Shown here: piece after piece, positions 49,701 to 62,584 of the stretch | Layout of the letters: each line of letters begins with the position of its first letter | Position numbering within the stretch: the first letter of the stretch is position 1 | Assembly (NCBI RefSeq): GCF_018350175.1 | Contig: NC_058368.1 | Span: 189,598,001-189,662,000, forward strand | Origin: Felis catus | Lineage: Eukaryota | Direction: 5' to 3' | Length of the DNA stretch: 64,000 bases | Translations under genes and position numbers: made by a program | Notes under the pieces: model-generated | What the model was told of the DNA's origin: nothing | Database searches by the model: none | Seen by the model: only the letters and a program-made list of their open reading frames with translations

Positions 49701-50280
49701 CCTGAATGTACTGACGAGACTATGCCAGGAGTCCTCAATGAATAGGAAAGTAAGATTGGAAACTAGAGGTAATTCATTTGATAGAAACAAGAAAAACAAA
49801 TTATCTCAAGATTAAGAAGGAGATTCCTAAAAGCAAAAGACAGCCACATTTTCCCAATGAGTGGCAAAGACTTGAGGAGGCTGTCTGGTAGGGTTCTGGA
49901 AAAATAACAAGACTTTAGCAAGGAATGGCTGTGTAGCACTCTGCTTTGACAACAATGTTCTTGGTCCTGTTGTGGCACAAAAGCAACAGGGCAGGAATCA
50001 CACCATGTGAGCTGAGTACATGGGAATCTCAGCAAACAAGGCACATTTGATGGCTGATGACCTGGGGCCATCGCCAAGAGATGGTCCCCACAACTCAGCA
50101 AAGTTGAATCTCTAGGCTGCAAGTGAGATGGGCACTTAGGTTGTTTCAGAGAGGAAAAAAAAAAGTGCAATATTTCTTGAAATTGAGAACTTCTGTAATT
50201 TCCAAGTGCTCCAAGAAGTCACAAGCATACACAACCCCTCCCCCTCCAAAAATTACTTCTCCCTTGGTTTTGTTCATTGT

Positions 50281-50323
50281 TGGTGGTGGTGGTGGTGGTG
50301 GTGGTGGTGGTGGTGGTGGTGGT
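50281..50323. repeat. (TGG)14 trinucleotide repeat
   Basis: direct observation. Confidence 0.96.
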
Positions 50324-50669
50324 TGCATATATCTGGGAAGGTTTTCTCAGCTGGCCACTCCTGTTTCTACTGTTCCTATGACTGCTGCAGCCTTGGCCTA
50401 CAGAGGCCTGGGTTTTACAGTATCATTAGTCCCAGAATGTTTGGGAGTTTTTCTCTGCTGCTCTGACCTGGACACGATGATCCTGAGATGCCACAGCAAT
50501 CTGCACGTTCCTCACATACCGGCATAAGCCCAGTGGATAGATAGCCTCTTAGCTGCAACAGACTTCAGCTCAGGCAAGTCTGAAAATGGGGTGAAAAGAT
50601 ACTTCCTGTGGTCTCTCTAGAACTGAAAGAAAATGAGTAGCCTTCCTTGATTCCTCAGAAGGCAATATT

Positions 50670-50900
50670 TCCACATGGTCATTAAGAGTACCAGCTTTAA
50701 AGCCAGACAAATCAAGTTCAAATCCTGGCTCTGCCACTTATCGGCTTTTTTAAAAAAAATTCTAAGCAGCCTCAGTCTCCTTAAAATAATAGTGCCCATC
50801 TCACAGTTCTGCTGGGAAGATTCAATGAGATAATGCATAGAAAGTGTCTAATTCAGTACATACTCATAATAAGAACTCAAATAAGGATTAGCTACTAAAA
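50670..50900 (+). mobile_element. MIR
   Basis: 'gttcaaatcctggctctgccactta...gcctcagt...cccatctcacagtt..gaagattcaatgagataatgcat'. Confidence 0.82.
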
Positions 50901-52358
50901 TAATAATAATTATTGTTAATGGAAAACAGTCCAGGCCCCCTGGGAATTCAGAACCCAGATAATGAAACCAGCTAAATGAGTGATTTCATCCATGCAACAT
51001 GTATTAAAGAAAGCATAGGATAGAGCATCCGCATGTGGTTATTCCAGCCTCTGCCAAATCCAGCATAAAGACTTATTTGCCCCTCAGTGTCCTTAGGGAA
51101 GAACCAGAGCTTCCCTGTGCTCAAGGAAAATGGAAACCAATACACATAAGACATATGAGAAAGAAATTTCACAAGGCCAGTTGTCGACCATTCCACTGAA
51201 TAGAAAGCAGCCAAGGTCAGCCAGTAGAGTCAAACGGTCAAGGCCAGAGCCATTAGACAAGACTGTGAAAAAGATCAAGGTGTTATTCAGCTCTTTGTTA
51301 TTCCCGTTTTTTGGTATCCTCCCAAGGAGGAACCCAGTGTGTGATGTTGCCTTTTTAGTGCCCAGAGTTTCAAAGTTAGCTAAGGTTCTTTCTCAAGTAC
51401 ACTCATGTACTCTCAACCTTCAGATAACACACCCCCTAATCAAAACCCACCAAGTGTTCCCTTCCCTTGAGACTCTACTCTCTTTTCACTAATTTGAAAA
51501 ATTAATTCATTCTAAACTATTATGGGTGGATGGAAGTTTCTTCCATTATCACTTTTATCAAATCTGCATTTTACCAGGCTTTTAATATCCTAAGAGGCAA
51601 GCATTAGGCCTACCTCATGAGTGACTAAAACGTGGCATGGAGTAAATAGGATCGGAATTATGGTTTGGTTATAAACTGTGAGGTACTCCATAAATATGGC
51701 AAGGTTTGAGTTTTACTGAGGGAGGCTATTGCACATACCAAGGCAGGATGGTGATACCTTTCAGATCTGGGCAGATAAAGCCTCCTACCTCTTTTCTCAC
51801 ACCCCAATCTCCTCAGCCAGGCTGAGCCCCACACATAGAGACTGAGAAGAAGACAAAAGTAGCTGAACAGGTAGATCAGGCCTAACAGCATAGGGAGAGA
51901 GCTTATGGCCCACAGAAAACACCACTTGTAAAAATCACCTCTCTCTGGTCTTTATAACATACAAACATCTAGGAAAAAACACAGGAGAATTTCCTTTTGA
52001 ATTAATATCTAATCCCCTCAAACACATTTATTTCTCTGTCATGTCATCTGGGACTTCTCTGACTCTTGAATTCTCAATAGAATTACCTCAAAATTTCAGT
52101 CCTGTAGTGTGGGAGAAGCCTACCTCTTCCTACGATACCGATAGTTTCCTCAGACTTACTCAGTTGCCCCCTCTTCCCTGACTACTGTGTTGAGGGAGTC
52201 TTCTCAGTTTTCTACTGAAGACACCCAGATGTGAACTTCAACTCCTCAGGTTGCCCCCAAAGAATCCAATTGCAGAGAGCTAGGAACAACAATGAGCAAA
52301 CAATGAGGATTTTACTGATAATTTCATTAAAAGACAGCACATGGTCTCCATTGAGGTA

Positions 52359-53016
52359 CATTAGAGCTACTGACTGACCTCTATCTGACCACCCACTGAG
52401 TTGACCCAAGCTTCCCATGACCTATATACAACTCATAACTGATGCCCAAAGGTTGTTATCCCCAATCTTGTTTGGGACAGTTATACTGCTATTGCAGTTA
52501 TGTAATTTAATTAAATACAAACAGATAAAATATAAGTATAAAAATACAGCTCTCATCTCTATCAAAACTGAGGTAAATGTTTTATATAGAATTGATAAAG
52601 CCGCACTTTTAGAGAAGTTACTGTCAGGTTCAATCTTTGAGAAAAAAGGTCACTACAAAAGATGGGGGTAGAGTAAACCTCTGGAAAGACTCTGTATTGA
52701 TATTACTTGCAAAGTTGTTTTTTTTTTTTTAAGTTGATAATCTAGTTTTTAAAAATAAAAACTAGAATTCACAGATGATGCATTATGGAGCACTTGGTGC
52801 AAGAAAAGCAAGGAACTTCAATAGCAGGAAACTTGGCCAGGAAACAAAGGCCTTCGCCAGATATCAAATGATGAGGAGATGAACATTTGCTTTATGTGTC
52901 TTACATTAAAATAAAATGTTTAAACGTGTTTTTAAGTGATATCTTGATTTAACCTTTTTTTTTTTTCATTAACTGCACAACTGCTTCTGTCATATCAGAT
53001 TAAAGGACTTCTGCTA
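52359..53016 (+). mobile_element. Tigger (Tigger13-like) TcMar relic with CENP-B-type HTH remnant
   Basis: TA|ca ttaga start, 'ggacttctgcta' end; ORF 52417 contains ISIKTEVNVLYRIDK; downstream 'aaactagaattcacagatgatgcattatgg' reads KLEFTDDALW, typical of pogo/Tigger N-termini. Confidence 0.7.
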
Positions 53017-53214
53017 GTCTTAAGAACACACAGTTGACAGTGCTGTTGACATCCCTGGAGTGTCCCCTACCTAGCCTTGTCTCTACCCAACACCCAGCAG
53101 CCCCTGTCATTTTAAATATTCTCCCCTCAGCAATGCAAAATAAGCCAGCACTCTATGAGTCCCAAACTTATCATTAGAAACCTTTAACGTGGGTTTTCAC
53201 TCAGCAGAAAAATA

Positions 53215-53640
53215 AGAATAACAGCTCATACTTGTGTAGTGCTCACTGCATACGAGTCACTGCTCAAAGTTCCTTATACCTATTCACTCAACAATCCTAT
53301 GAGATAGCATTTTCCAGGTGAAGGATTTGATGCACAAAAGGTTAATTGGCCAATAGTCACCAAGCTAGTAAGCAGCAGAGGTTTTTCTAACCTAACCTGC
53401 TCTGCCCTTCAATGTAAAAGGCAGTTTAAAAAACAGCAACCACAATAACTCCATATTATACAAAATATTTATGTGTAAGTATACTTATATATTAATATTT
53501 ATTGAACACCTACTATGTACATCAGGTGCTGTGCTAGCATCAAAGACAGAGACAGACTCCATGCCTGGCTTCCTGGAGCTTACAGTCCAGTCAGAGGGGC
53601 AGACACTGAACAAGTAGTTTAAATATGACAAGCACAAGCA
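53215..53640 (-). mobile_element. MIR (~53215-53410) and L2 3' end (~53495-53640)
   Basis: 'acaatcctatgagatag..' and 'atatttattgaacacctactatgtacatcaggtgctgtgctag..ggagcttacagtccag'. Confidence 0.75.
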
Positions 53641-53679
53641 GGTAACAAACCACTCTTCATAGAGGGTAGCAAGAAAAGC

Positions 53680-54390
53680 CAAAAACTAGGAAGTAATATT
53701 TGCAACATATACAAGCAACCAATCTAAGCAATAAAAATAGAAAATTGGCAAAAGACGTGAATAGGCATCTTACACAAAAAGAAACAATGAATAGCAATAA
53801 ACATATGAAAAGACATTCAGCTTTATTTGTAATAAGAAAAAAAAAGTTTTCACCTCAATGAGACACTATTTTGCATCTACCTGTAGACAAAAAGTAATGA
53901 GTCTAACCATACCAAGTGTTGGGAGAGATGTGGAGTAATGAGGTTTCCATATACTGCTGGTGAGACTGTGACTTCTCTAAACACCTGGGGAAACAATCAG
54001 CATAGAATGGAAGCTATATCTATTCTCCAACCCAAAAATTCCACTTCTAAATGTACACACTAGAGAAACACTTGTCCTTGTGTACCAGGAAGACATGTGT
54101 AAGAATGTTGATAGCATTGTTTGTAACAGGAGAATAAAAGAAAACTTGAAACAACCCAAATGTCCTTCAACTTTATCATGGATAAGTAGGTTAAAATATA
54201 TTTACTCAATGGAACACCGTACAACAGTGAAAACAAAGGGCACACAGATGTCTTCAAATGATTGATGATGTTCTAGTTCTTAGGCTGGTTGGTGGGTACG
54301 TGGTTGTTTATTTATTATCACTCTTTACACTGTCCTTGTTTGTTATTTTCAGCCAATTGTGTGTATATTACATGATAGTTTCCAAAAGAA
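53680..54390 (+). mobile_element. Old L1M ORF2 C-terminus/3'UTR fragment
   Basis: 'ggcaaaagacgtgaataggcat', 'aataaacatatgaaaaga', 'taccaagtgttgg', 'aaacaacccaaatgtcc'. Confidence 0.82.
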
Positions 54391-54844
54391 AACAAAAACT
54401 AATAACTTCTACAAAGAAAAAGGAGTGAAAGCTAGGTAAGTATATTCCTTTTTCATAGCTTCTGTATGATATCTCCCAGATTCAGATGGTTCCATGACCT
54501 GCCTTAATTCTTCATATGGTGAAATAATAAATATGAAAGTTCAATCAACTCAATCAATAGAGACCATCAAAACGGATCACTGTGACCTCAAAGTGGATTT
54601 AGAAGAAGGCTTGAATTAACTAAGTGGATGAATTTCAACACAGAGACAACCTCATCTTATGCTACATGGACATAGGCACTAATCTTTCCTCTATCAATCA
54701 ATGTACTAATCTACTGAAAACTCATTTGGAGGGTCCTCAGGTCCCTCACCGCCTATTTCCTGAGTCTCCTCAAAATATATTCACAGTTTTTGCCAAAGAA
54801 GAATAAGAAAATTACCTTCAAACTCAGATGATTTTTCAGAGCCT

Positions 54845-55000
54845 ACATTCTTAACCAGGAATTCAGGGGATGGGCTTCAAAGGGTCCAAGAAATTCCTGA
54901 AAACATATGCAAAACACTGCATTCATATGTGTGTTTTTAGGGAAACAGTGCATTGTAACCATTTGAGTTTCAAATGTGATCTTCTAAAAAGCAACCAGAC
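54845..55000. mobile_element. MER103C-like hAT fragment
   Basis: 'ttcttaaccagg..ggatgggcttcaaagggtcc..cctgaaa.catatgcaaaa'. Confidence 0.55.
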
Positions 55001-55110
55001 TGCTACCTTAACAGAATCACCAATTATGCCCATGTGACTGTCCTGATTTTAGACTGAAAGTCTTGTATCCCAGGAAATCCTGCAGATTCTGCTGCTTCAT
55101 CACTCTAATA

Positions 55111-55301
55111 TAGGATTGCCAGACAATATGCAGAATGCCCAGTTAAATTTGAATTTCAGATTAATAATGAATAATTTTTTAGTTTAGGAATGTCCTGAGA
55201 AATATTTTTGTTTATCTGAAATTCAGATCTAACTCAATTTGTATTTTTATTTGTAAAATAAAATGCTGCTGTATTTTTATTTGTAAAATCTGGAAACCCT
55301 A
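55111..55301. mobile_element. MER53 palindromic hAT MITE
   Basis: TIRs taggattgccaga/tctggaaacccta; inverted arms agttaaatttgaatttcaga/tctgaaattcagatctaact; TSD ctctaata/ccctaata. Confidence 0.88.
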
Positions 55302-55700
55302 CCCTAATAGAATATTTAATAATAATAGTAGGAATAAGAATAGTAGTAGCAATAGCAGTAACCAACAATTATTGAATGCTTCCTTCATGTCAGTCAGTTT
55401 CCTCTTTAATCCTAACCACATCACAGGAAGTTGGGAATGATTATGATCATTCCCTTTTATGGATGCAGTAATTAAGGATTAAAGAGGTTAAATAGTTCAG
55501 CCATAAAGAAAGAATGAAGTCTTGCCATTTGCAACATGGGTGGAGCTACAGAGTATTATGCTAAGCAAAATAAGGCAGTCAGAGAAAGACAAATACCATA
55601 TGATTTTACTCATGTGTGGAATTTAAGAAACAAAACAAATGAACAAAGGAAAGAAAGAGAAAGAGAGAGAGAGAGAGAGAAATCAAGAAACAGACTCTTT

Positions 55701-55800
55701 GGGGTTCCTGAATGGCTTAGTCGGTTAAGTGTCCGATTCTTGACTTTAGCTCAGGTCATGATCTCATAGTTCTTTTTTTTTTTTTTAATGTTTATTCATT

Positions 55801-55845
<45 letters not shown>

Positions 55846-56147
55846 GAGGGGCAAAGAGAGGGGGACAGAGGATCCAAAGCAGGCTCTGATCTGACAGCAG
55901 CAAGTCTCATATGGGGCTTAAACTCACAAACCATGAGATCATGACCTAAACCAAAGTCAGACGCTCAATCAACTGAGCCACCCAGGTGCCCCAATCTCAG
56001 GGTACTTGAGATCAAGCCCACATCTGCATTGTTAGTGCAGAGCCTGCTTGAGATTCTCTCTCTCCCTCTCTCTCTGCCCTAATTCTAATTATGCCTGTGT
56101 GCATGCTCTCTCTCTCTCTCTCAAAATAAATAAATAAAAACTTTAAA
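55701..56147 (+). mobile_element. Outer SINEC in L1 3'UTR
   Basis: TSD aaacagactc at 55688-55697 and 56148-56157; body split by inverted SINEC. Confidence 0.88.
55775..55992 (-). mobile_element. Inverted SINEC nested in SINEC
   Basis: poly(T), (GA)n, ...gagccacccaggtgcccc; degenerate TSD atctcatagttctt/atctcagggtactt. Confidence 0.9.
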
Positions 56148-56233
56148 AAACAGACTCAACTACAGAGAACAAACTGATGTTACCAGAGGGGAGGTGGATG
56201 GGGGGGGATGGGTGAAAGAGGTGATGGGGATAA

Positions 56234-57300
56234 AATTTGCATAGAACCACAAAAGACTCCAAATAGCCTTAAGTGGTCTTGAAAAAGAAAAGTGAAGCTG
56301 GAAGCATCACAATTCTGGACTTGAAGTTATATTTCAAAGCTGTAATAATCAAAATAATATGGTAGTGACACAAAAATAGATCAATAGAACAGAATAGAAA
56401 ATCCATAAAAAACCCACAATTACATGGTCAATTAATCTCTGACAAAGCAGAAAAGAATATCCAATGGGGAAAAAAGACTCCCTTCAACAAATGGTGTTGG
56501 GAAAACTGGACAGCAACATGCAAAAGAATGAAACTGGACCACTTTCTTATGCCATACACAAAAATAAATTCAAAATAAATTAAAGACCTAAATGTAAGAT
56601 TTGAAACCATAAAATTCCTAAAAGAGAACACAGGGAGTAACCTCTTTGACATTGGCCGTAACAATTTCTTTGAAGATATGTCTCCTGCAGCAAGGGAAAT
56701 AAAAGCAAAATTAAACTATTGGGGCTACATCAAAATAAAAAGTTTCTGCACAGCAAAGGAAATAGTCAACAAAACTAAAAAACAACCTACGGAATGGAGG
56801 AAGATATTTACAAATGACATATCTGATAAAGGGCTAGTATCCAAAGTACATAAAGAACTTGCACAACTCAACACCCAAAAACAAATAATCCAATTTAAAA
56901 ATGGGCAGAAGATGTGAACAGACATTTCTCCAAAGAAGACATCCAGATTACCAACAAACACATGAAAAGATGCTCACCATCACTTATCATCAGGGAAATG
57001 CAAATCAAAACTACAATGAGACATCACCTCACATATGTCAGAATGACCAAAATCAAAACCACAAGGAACAACAGGTGTTGGCAAGGATGTGGAGAAAAAA
57101 GAACACTCATGCCCTGTTGATGGGAATGCAAACTGGTGCAGCCACTGTGCAAAACAGTATGGAAGTTCTTCTAAAAGTTGAGAATAGAACTACCTTATGA
57201 TCCAGCAGTCACATTACTGGGTATTTACCCAAAGAACACAAGAACACTAATTCAAAGAGATACACGTACCCTTATGTTTATAGCAGCATTATTTACTAGC
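56234..57300 (+). mobile_element. Carnivore L1 ORF2 post-RT/C-terminal segment (disrupted)
   Basis: ORF track: [83 protein letters not shown]. Confidence 0.95.
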
Positions 57301-57730
57301 CAGATTCAAATTCATCAAAATGCATGTTCTATAAAAGGAGAAAGGGAAAAAGCTATACCTGGAGATGCCAAAGGTGCCTGACTTTGCCACCAGGACTCCT
57401 GCCCCCTACCACTCCCCTTCCCACTCCCACTCCTTGTAATCAGTCATTTATCTCCAGGCTCTGAACCCAGGCTGTGCATCAGAGGCTACAGATTCAAAGC
57501 ATTAGCACCATGGCTTGGCAAGCATCCTGTTTCCTGAATGCTGCTCTAACTCCCCCACTTTTCTCACAGGCTTTATCAGGCAGACTTCCCTTAAGCCTTT
57601 CAACCCACAGAAGTTGACAGTGACTTAGATCAGCAGCTGATATTCACTTGCCTCCTTGGGATGCTTCCTGTTCTCCAAAATCTATAAACACTTGGCCCAA
57701 ATATTCTACAGGTTGGAATGGGACTTGTGC

Positions 57731-57844
57731 AGAGGTGACCAACTGTCCTGATATGTCTGGACCTGAGATATTTCTAAGGATGCAGGACTTTTCAGTACTA
57801 AAAATAAAAAACTCCCAAGAAAACTGAGACAATTGGTCACCCTA
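57731..57844. mobile_element. MER94-like hAT-Blackjack MITE
   Basis: TIRs ggtgaccaactgtc/gacaattggtcacc; 'ggacttttcagtactaaaa'. Confidence 0.75.
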
Positions 57845-57869
57845 CCTGTTGGGCAAATTAACCATACAC

Positions 57870-58215
57870 TTTGACTATTATTATCTCATTTGATCCTCAG
57901 CACAACACTGTGGCTGAACCTATTTTACACATGAGGAAACTAAATCACAGAGATATCCAGTAATTACTAACGTGTGCAGGGTTGTAAACTGCACAGCTGA
58001 GCCTGCGACATGTGCCTCAACTCCAAACTTGGGCCAAGAAGTGGTTTAATGACCTGGGCTCTGGAGTCAGACTGTCCAAATCCCAACTTCTGTATCTTTA
58101 AAAATAGGAATGATATTGAAATGTACCACCCCATTCTGTAAAGATTAAGTGAGATAATGCATTTAAGTCACCTAAAACAATGCTTGGTGCTTAATAAGTG
58201 CTAACTAATGGAAAC
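57870..58215. mobile_element. Two MIR fragments (- then +)
   Basis: 'atctcatttgatcctca..attttacacatgaggaaact'; 'gggctctggagtcagac..aagattaagtgagataatgcat'. Confidence 0.7.
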
Positions 58216-60422
58216 TCTCATGACTCCATCCTGTTCCGAAAAGAATGACATACAGAAAGAGTTCTGCCTTCTTTGTATTAATCTCAAAGGTTGGGAATAT
58301 TCTCAAAATGTCTTTCTTTCCCCTCATACCCAGTTATCCATTTAACATTAAAGTATTTTCTTAAATATTATTAAAAGCTACATTTTCAGCTTTTACTATG
58401 TCTTCTATGTCCCACATTCTGATCACAAGTTATGTCGACCAGGGCTTCCTTTTATTCAACCTACATTTAGCCATATATTTCACAAGCTCAAAGGGAGTAA
58501 AGGTCAGTCAAGGTCCGCTTGAAAAACAAATCCTCCCTGATCCCACCCCAATTGACTTGGTGAGCACAGGGACCGTATCTGCTTTATTTACCTCTGAGTT
58601 ACCTCTTGTGCCCCAATGAGTTCAGGTTCCCAATACGTGTTTATTGAATTAATTATTTGGTCAATATCATTCCCATTATCACCCATTCTTGCTACTCTGT
58701 ATCTGGAATAAACCACTCCCTTCTGAGTATTGCTTTACAACAATTCATCATCCCCATCTTACAGTTGCTAATGTTCCAAAATTTACAGTCAGAAAAACCC
58801 AGTCACAAGAATAAAATTGCTCAGACTACATAAGAATCAAGGAATAAAGGTAGGGCAGAAGGAATACCAAACCAGAAATCAAAAGAACTGGAATTCAGGT
58901 TTGCCATTAATCAGCTCTGTGTCTTTGGGAAGAAAGAAAAGGCAACAAGAGAACATTTGTATAGTCCTTGCTGTGAGCCAACTCTGTGCTAAAAAACCTC
59001 TCTACAGATTTTTTTCAGTTTAATTCCCCTTAGAAGGTACTTCTATCCCAGTTTTAAGAGTAAAGTAACTGAAACTCAGGAAGTTTTTTTTTTTTTTTTA
59101 ATCCAAATTATACCTAATACAAAGTCAAGATTTGAACCCAGGTCTATTGACTAGAAAGCACAGATTCTTTTCAATTTTTTCATCACCACCAAGTTGCCTC
59201 CCATAAGAAATTGTAACAGAAAATTGTTCCATTCAATCAGTTTCTAGTTTATGGGCCCAACAAGATTCCCTTGAATCAGATCATGTCATCTATTTAAGCC
59301 TTAGTTTTCCTCCAGGTAAAATGAGAAGGTTAACTAAATGATGCCTTTCACATTTTAAATCCTATGACTTGGTGCCAATGTGCTGAGGTTGACTCTGAAA
59401 AAAGAAACTGCTAGTTGGAGCACTCAGAAGAAGGCAGCCTGTGTGCTCAACCATCCATCCTTCCAGAATTATCAATCTGCCACATTGATATGCTAATTGC
59501 AAGGGAAGAAATGTGGAACTAATTCCATGTTTCATTCAAGTAAAGGCATCCAGGTAGCACCAAGACTAGAGAATCAAAATCAGCATGATTGCATTGACTT
59601 GGAGTGTGTCGTGGCAGGAGAACAGGAATTGGGTTCTTCCATCACACCTCCTTAACATGCTCATTCCAAACAGTCCAACAGAAAAAAAGGTCTTCTCTCC
59701 GTTTTCTTCTAGTGTTGGAAGTGCCCAATATATAAGTCACACTGGCAGCCTCCTCCAGCCTTCCAGGAGCCCATCAAAAAGTAATAACCCTGATGCCTTG
59801 GGGCTGGGTAAATCTGTTGCTCTCAGAGTCCCCACCCAGCTTTGAAGCGTTGGCTGACTTGAATAGATGGGCTAGAAGAATGTTCCAGTTGGCTCTTTCA
59901 GAATCTTGACTAATCGAACCATCTGGTGGAGGGCAAAAACCATGTCATTTGGGGCATGGTAATTTTAAATAAGCTGCCAGCATGTGCAGGATAAAAAGGA
60001 TTGGTGGCATGTAGGTGATCCTTACAGAGGAACTTAGCACATCTGTCAAAATGGACCCCGACAGAACTTCCTAGATGCAAAACTACCCTTTTTTCTTCCT
60101 TGACCCGTGCTCTGATCCATAAAACCAAATATATGATTAGATTTTTTTTCACATCCATTACCCAAATAAGAGCATTCTTAGCTTGTTTTTTTCCTTCCTT
60201 TACTAAGAACAAACCTAACACATTAAGTCACCTTGTAAGTCACCTACATGGCTCAATTTTCAGCGCCCAGTAAAGTACCCCTGTCTTCTCTCCTACACTA
60301 CCTACCCACAAAAGAAAAAATAAAGTGTATTGAACACTAGTTTTATCTAGTGGCTGATATTCCCTTTGTATACTTCCTCCATATTAAATGCTTATGTATC
60401 TCTCTAAGATATGGAAACTTAG

Positions 60423-60890
60423 TGTGTTAGGTGGAGCTCCTCAGAAACCGACTCTGAGAGGATGATTCAGGGGCAAGTGATTTGTTAAAGAAATGTTCCC
60501 AGGAGAAATCAGTAAGGGAGAAGCAGAACTGGGGAGAGAGACAAGCTAAGCCAAGGCTTAATTTCTGGCAAATCTCAGGAAGAATAAGTTCCCACAGGGA
60601 ACTCTGGAGTGTGAATCACATACCTCAGAGTTTGTCTCAATTTGAGGCAAAGAAGGTGGGTTTTTGTACTCCTACACAAATTGGTTGTTGGCTAAGAGCA
60701 GCCCTGGGCAAGGGCAAATAAAAGCCAGGTATTTCTACCCCTCTGAGGACTGGGGTGAAGCCATTCCAATTGCCCTAGAGTGTCCTTCAAAAACACTCAC
60801 AAGGGCAGGTCAGAGAAGAAAAAGCACCCAGGGGAAGATACGTGAAAGAGATCCAAGAGGATCTGGGTGGAGCATGACAGTGTCTGCTAA
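60423..60890 (-). mobile_element. ERVL solo LTR (LTR33/LTR16-like)
   Basis: 'tgtgttaggtggagctcctcagaaaccgactctgaga.gatgattc..gcaagtgattt..' and 'ggatctgggtggagca..acagtgtctgcta'. Confidence 0.7.
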
Positions 60891-62584
60891 GCACATAAAG
60901 ATTTTCTCAGCCATCAAAGGTTTAGTGCAAAATGGGCAGGCTAGCCTTAGAAAAGAAAAGGATCCAGGAGGAAGGATGCAGATGTCAGAAAAGTTAAGGG
61001 ACAAGAAGTGAGGAGGTGCTCCTGAGTAAAAGGAGGTGGGGCTCTGTGAAGGGGTGTGCAGTCAAAAACACTTGAGAGCTGAAAGAAAGGATGTGGAAAG
61101 ACATGGAGATGTCTCCAAATACAACACAAACATCCATGGAAACAGCTACTGAGGAGCGGAAGGGAGGGAGAAAATAAAAAACAGACAAAGTGTACCAGAT
61201 CAAGATGGGGGTTCTACTCATAGGCCCCATGAACTCACTGTGACTTTGGATAAACTATTTTCCCTCCTTCATCTCAGCTTCCTCCTTGGTAAAATGAGGG
61301 TTAACCAGATTAGGACTTTCCAATGCCTATTACAAGGAGCAGTGGAATTTCATGAGCTATTAATAAGTGTTCATGGAAAAGAGTTCTGGAAATATAGTTT
61401 AGGAAACACTATTAGAAATCCACATTAGCATAGTAAAAGTACCGCCTTGAAGAAGTTGGCTTAACTGTTGAGCTCTTTATTTACTTGACCACAGGATTCT
61501 TTGGGGTCCAGATATCTAGAATCTTCTCTCAGGGCACTAATTTTTGGGAAACTGAGGGTCCTTCTTGCTCTAGTATTGAGTTCATTTCACAACTGAACAA
61601 TTCTTGCACTCAAAACTTAGATGAAATAAAAATATGTGAGGAAGACTCATGGCTCTCAAAAGGCAGCCAAGAAATTCAGTGATAATATTTACAACTATCA
61701 GTTATCGAGAAGTTAACCTATGCCAATCATTGCAGTAAGCACTTTGTATAAATATTGTTTGATTTGATTTTGATAGGGACCTTGATGAATACTTTTATCT
61801 CCATTTCCCAGATGATGTAACTGAAGTTCAGGTAGGTTAATAATATGCCTTGGTCTCACAGTAAGATTTAAAGCCAGACTTAGCAGCCTAATACCATGCC
61901 TTGTTCATCATTACCCCAATTCTGTGCTTCTCATCCTTTCAAGCCACTCTTCATTTGTTAGACCTTTGTCTTTTTGTCAGTTCACTCCTGATAGATGATC
62001 CATAAAATGGAGATAAGAGTACTGGTCAACGTGTATAATTGGAAGCCCTCACAAAAATCATTTTGAAGTACTTTTCAAATAAAAAATACTCTAATGTTAT
62101 CTCCCTGCTAGAGTAGTGATTTGAAGCTGATGTTAAAGACAAAAAATAAAATTCCATATTTAGCTGTATAACTTTTGAGAAAAGTGTTTTAATGAATCAA
62201 TCGGAGAAATTATGTCAGCATTATAGGGGAGAGACATGATGAGTAAGCAATGATACTATTTGGGGGTAAGGTAAGAGCTAATTTTGCCAAGGTTCTGTTA
62301 TGCTTTCTCTCACCCTTTTCTTTCTCTCACCTTCTACTAGACTACCTTGTACCAAGGTCTAGGAGATCTTTCCCTGCCACTGTTTGTATTATTCTAGAAA
62401 TGCCCCTTGTTACTCCTCCACCTATCCAGGTTTTAAGACCCTATTTAGGTCCTGACTCCTCTGTGATGTTCACACTATAGGTCTCACTCTCTCCTGTGCA
62501 ACCTTATGGTTCAGTATTACTCAATATTGCCATTGACTATTCACACTTGTATTGATCTGGCTTGTCAAACAAACTGTAAGTGCC

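Larger units (their letters stand above)
55495..56233 (+). mobile_element. Carnivore L1 ORF2 end + 3'UTR (no poly(A)), interrupted by nested SINECs
   Basis: 'ttcagccataaag.aagaatgaagtcttgccatttgcaaca...agagaaagacaaataccatatgatt...gagaacaaactgatgttaccagaggggagg'. Confidence 0.88.

Noticed and set aside
50123..50527. Poly-Gly/Pro/Trp ORFs
   Set aside because: Artefacts of the (TGG)14 repeat
56428..57381. ORF2p-like peptides as a functional CDS
   Set aside because: Fragmented by stops and frameshifts; lacks EN and RT domains
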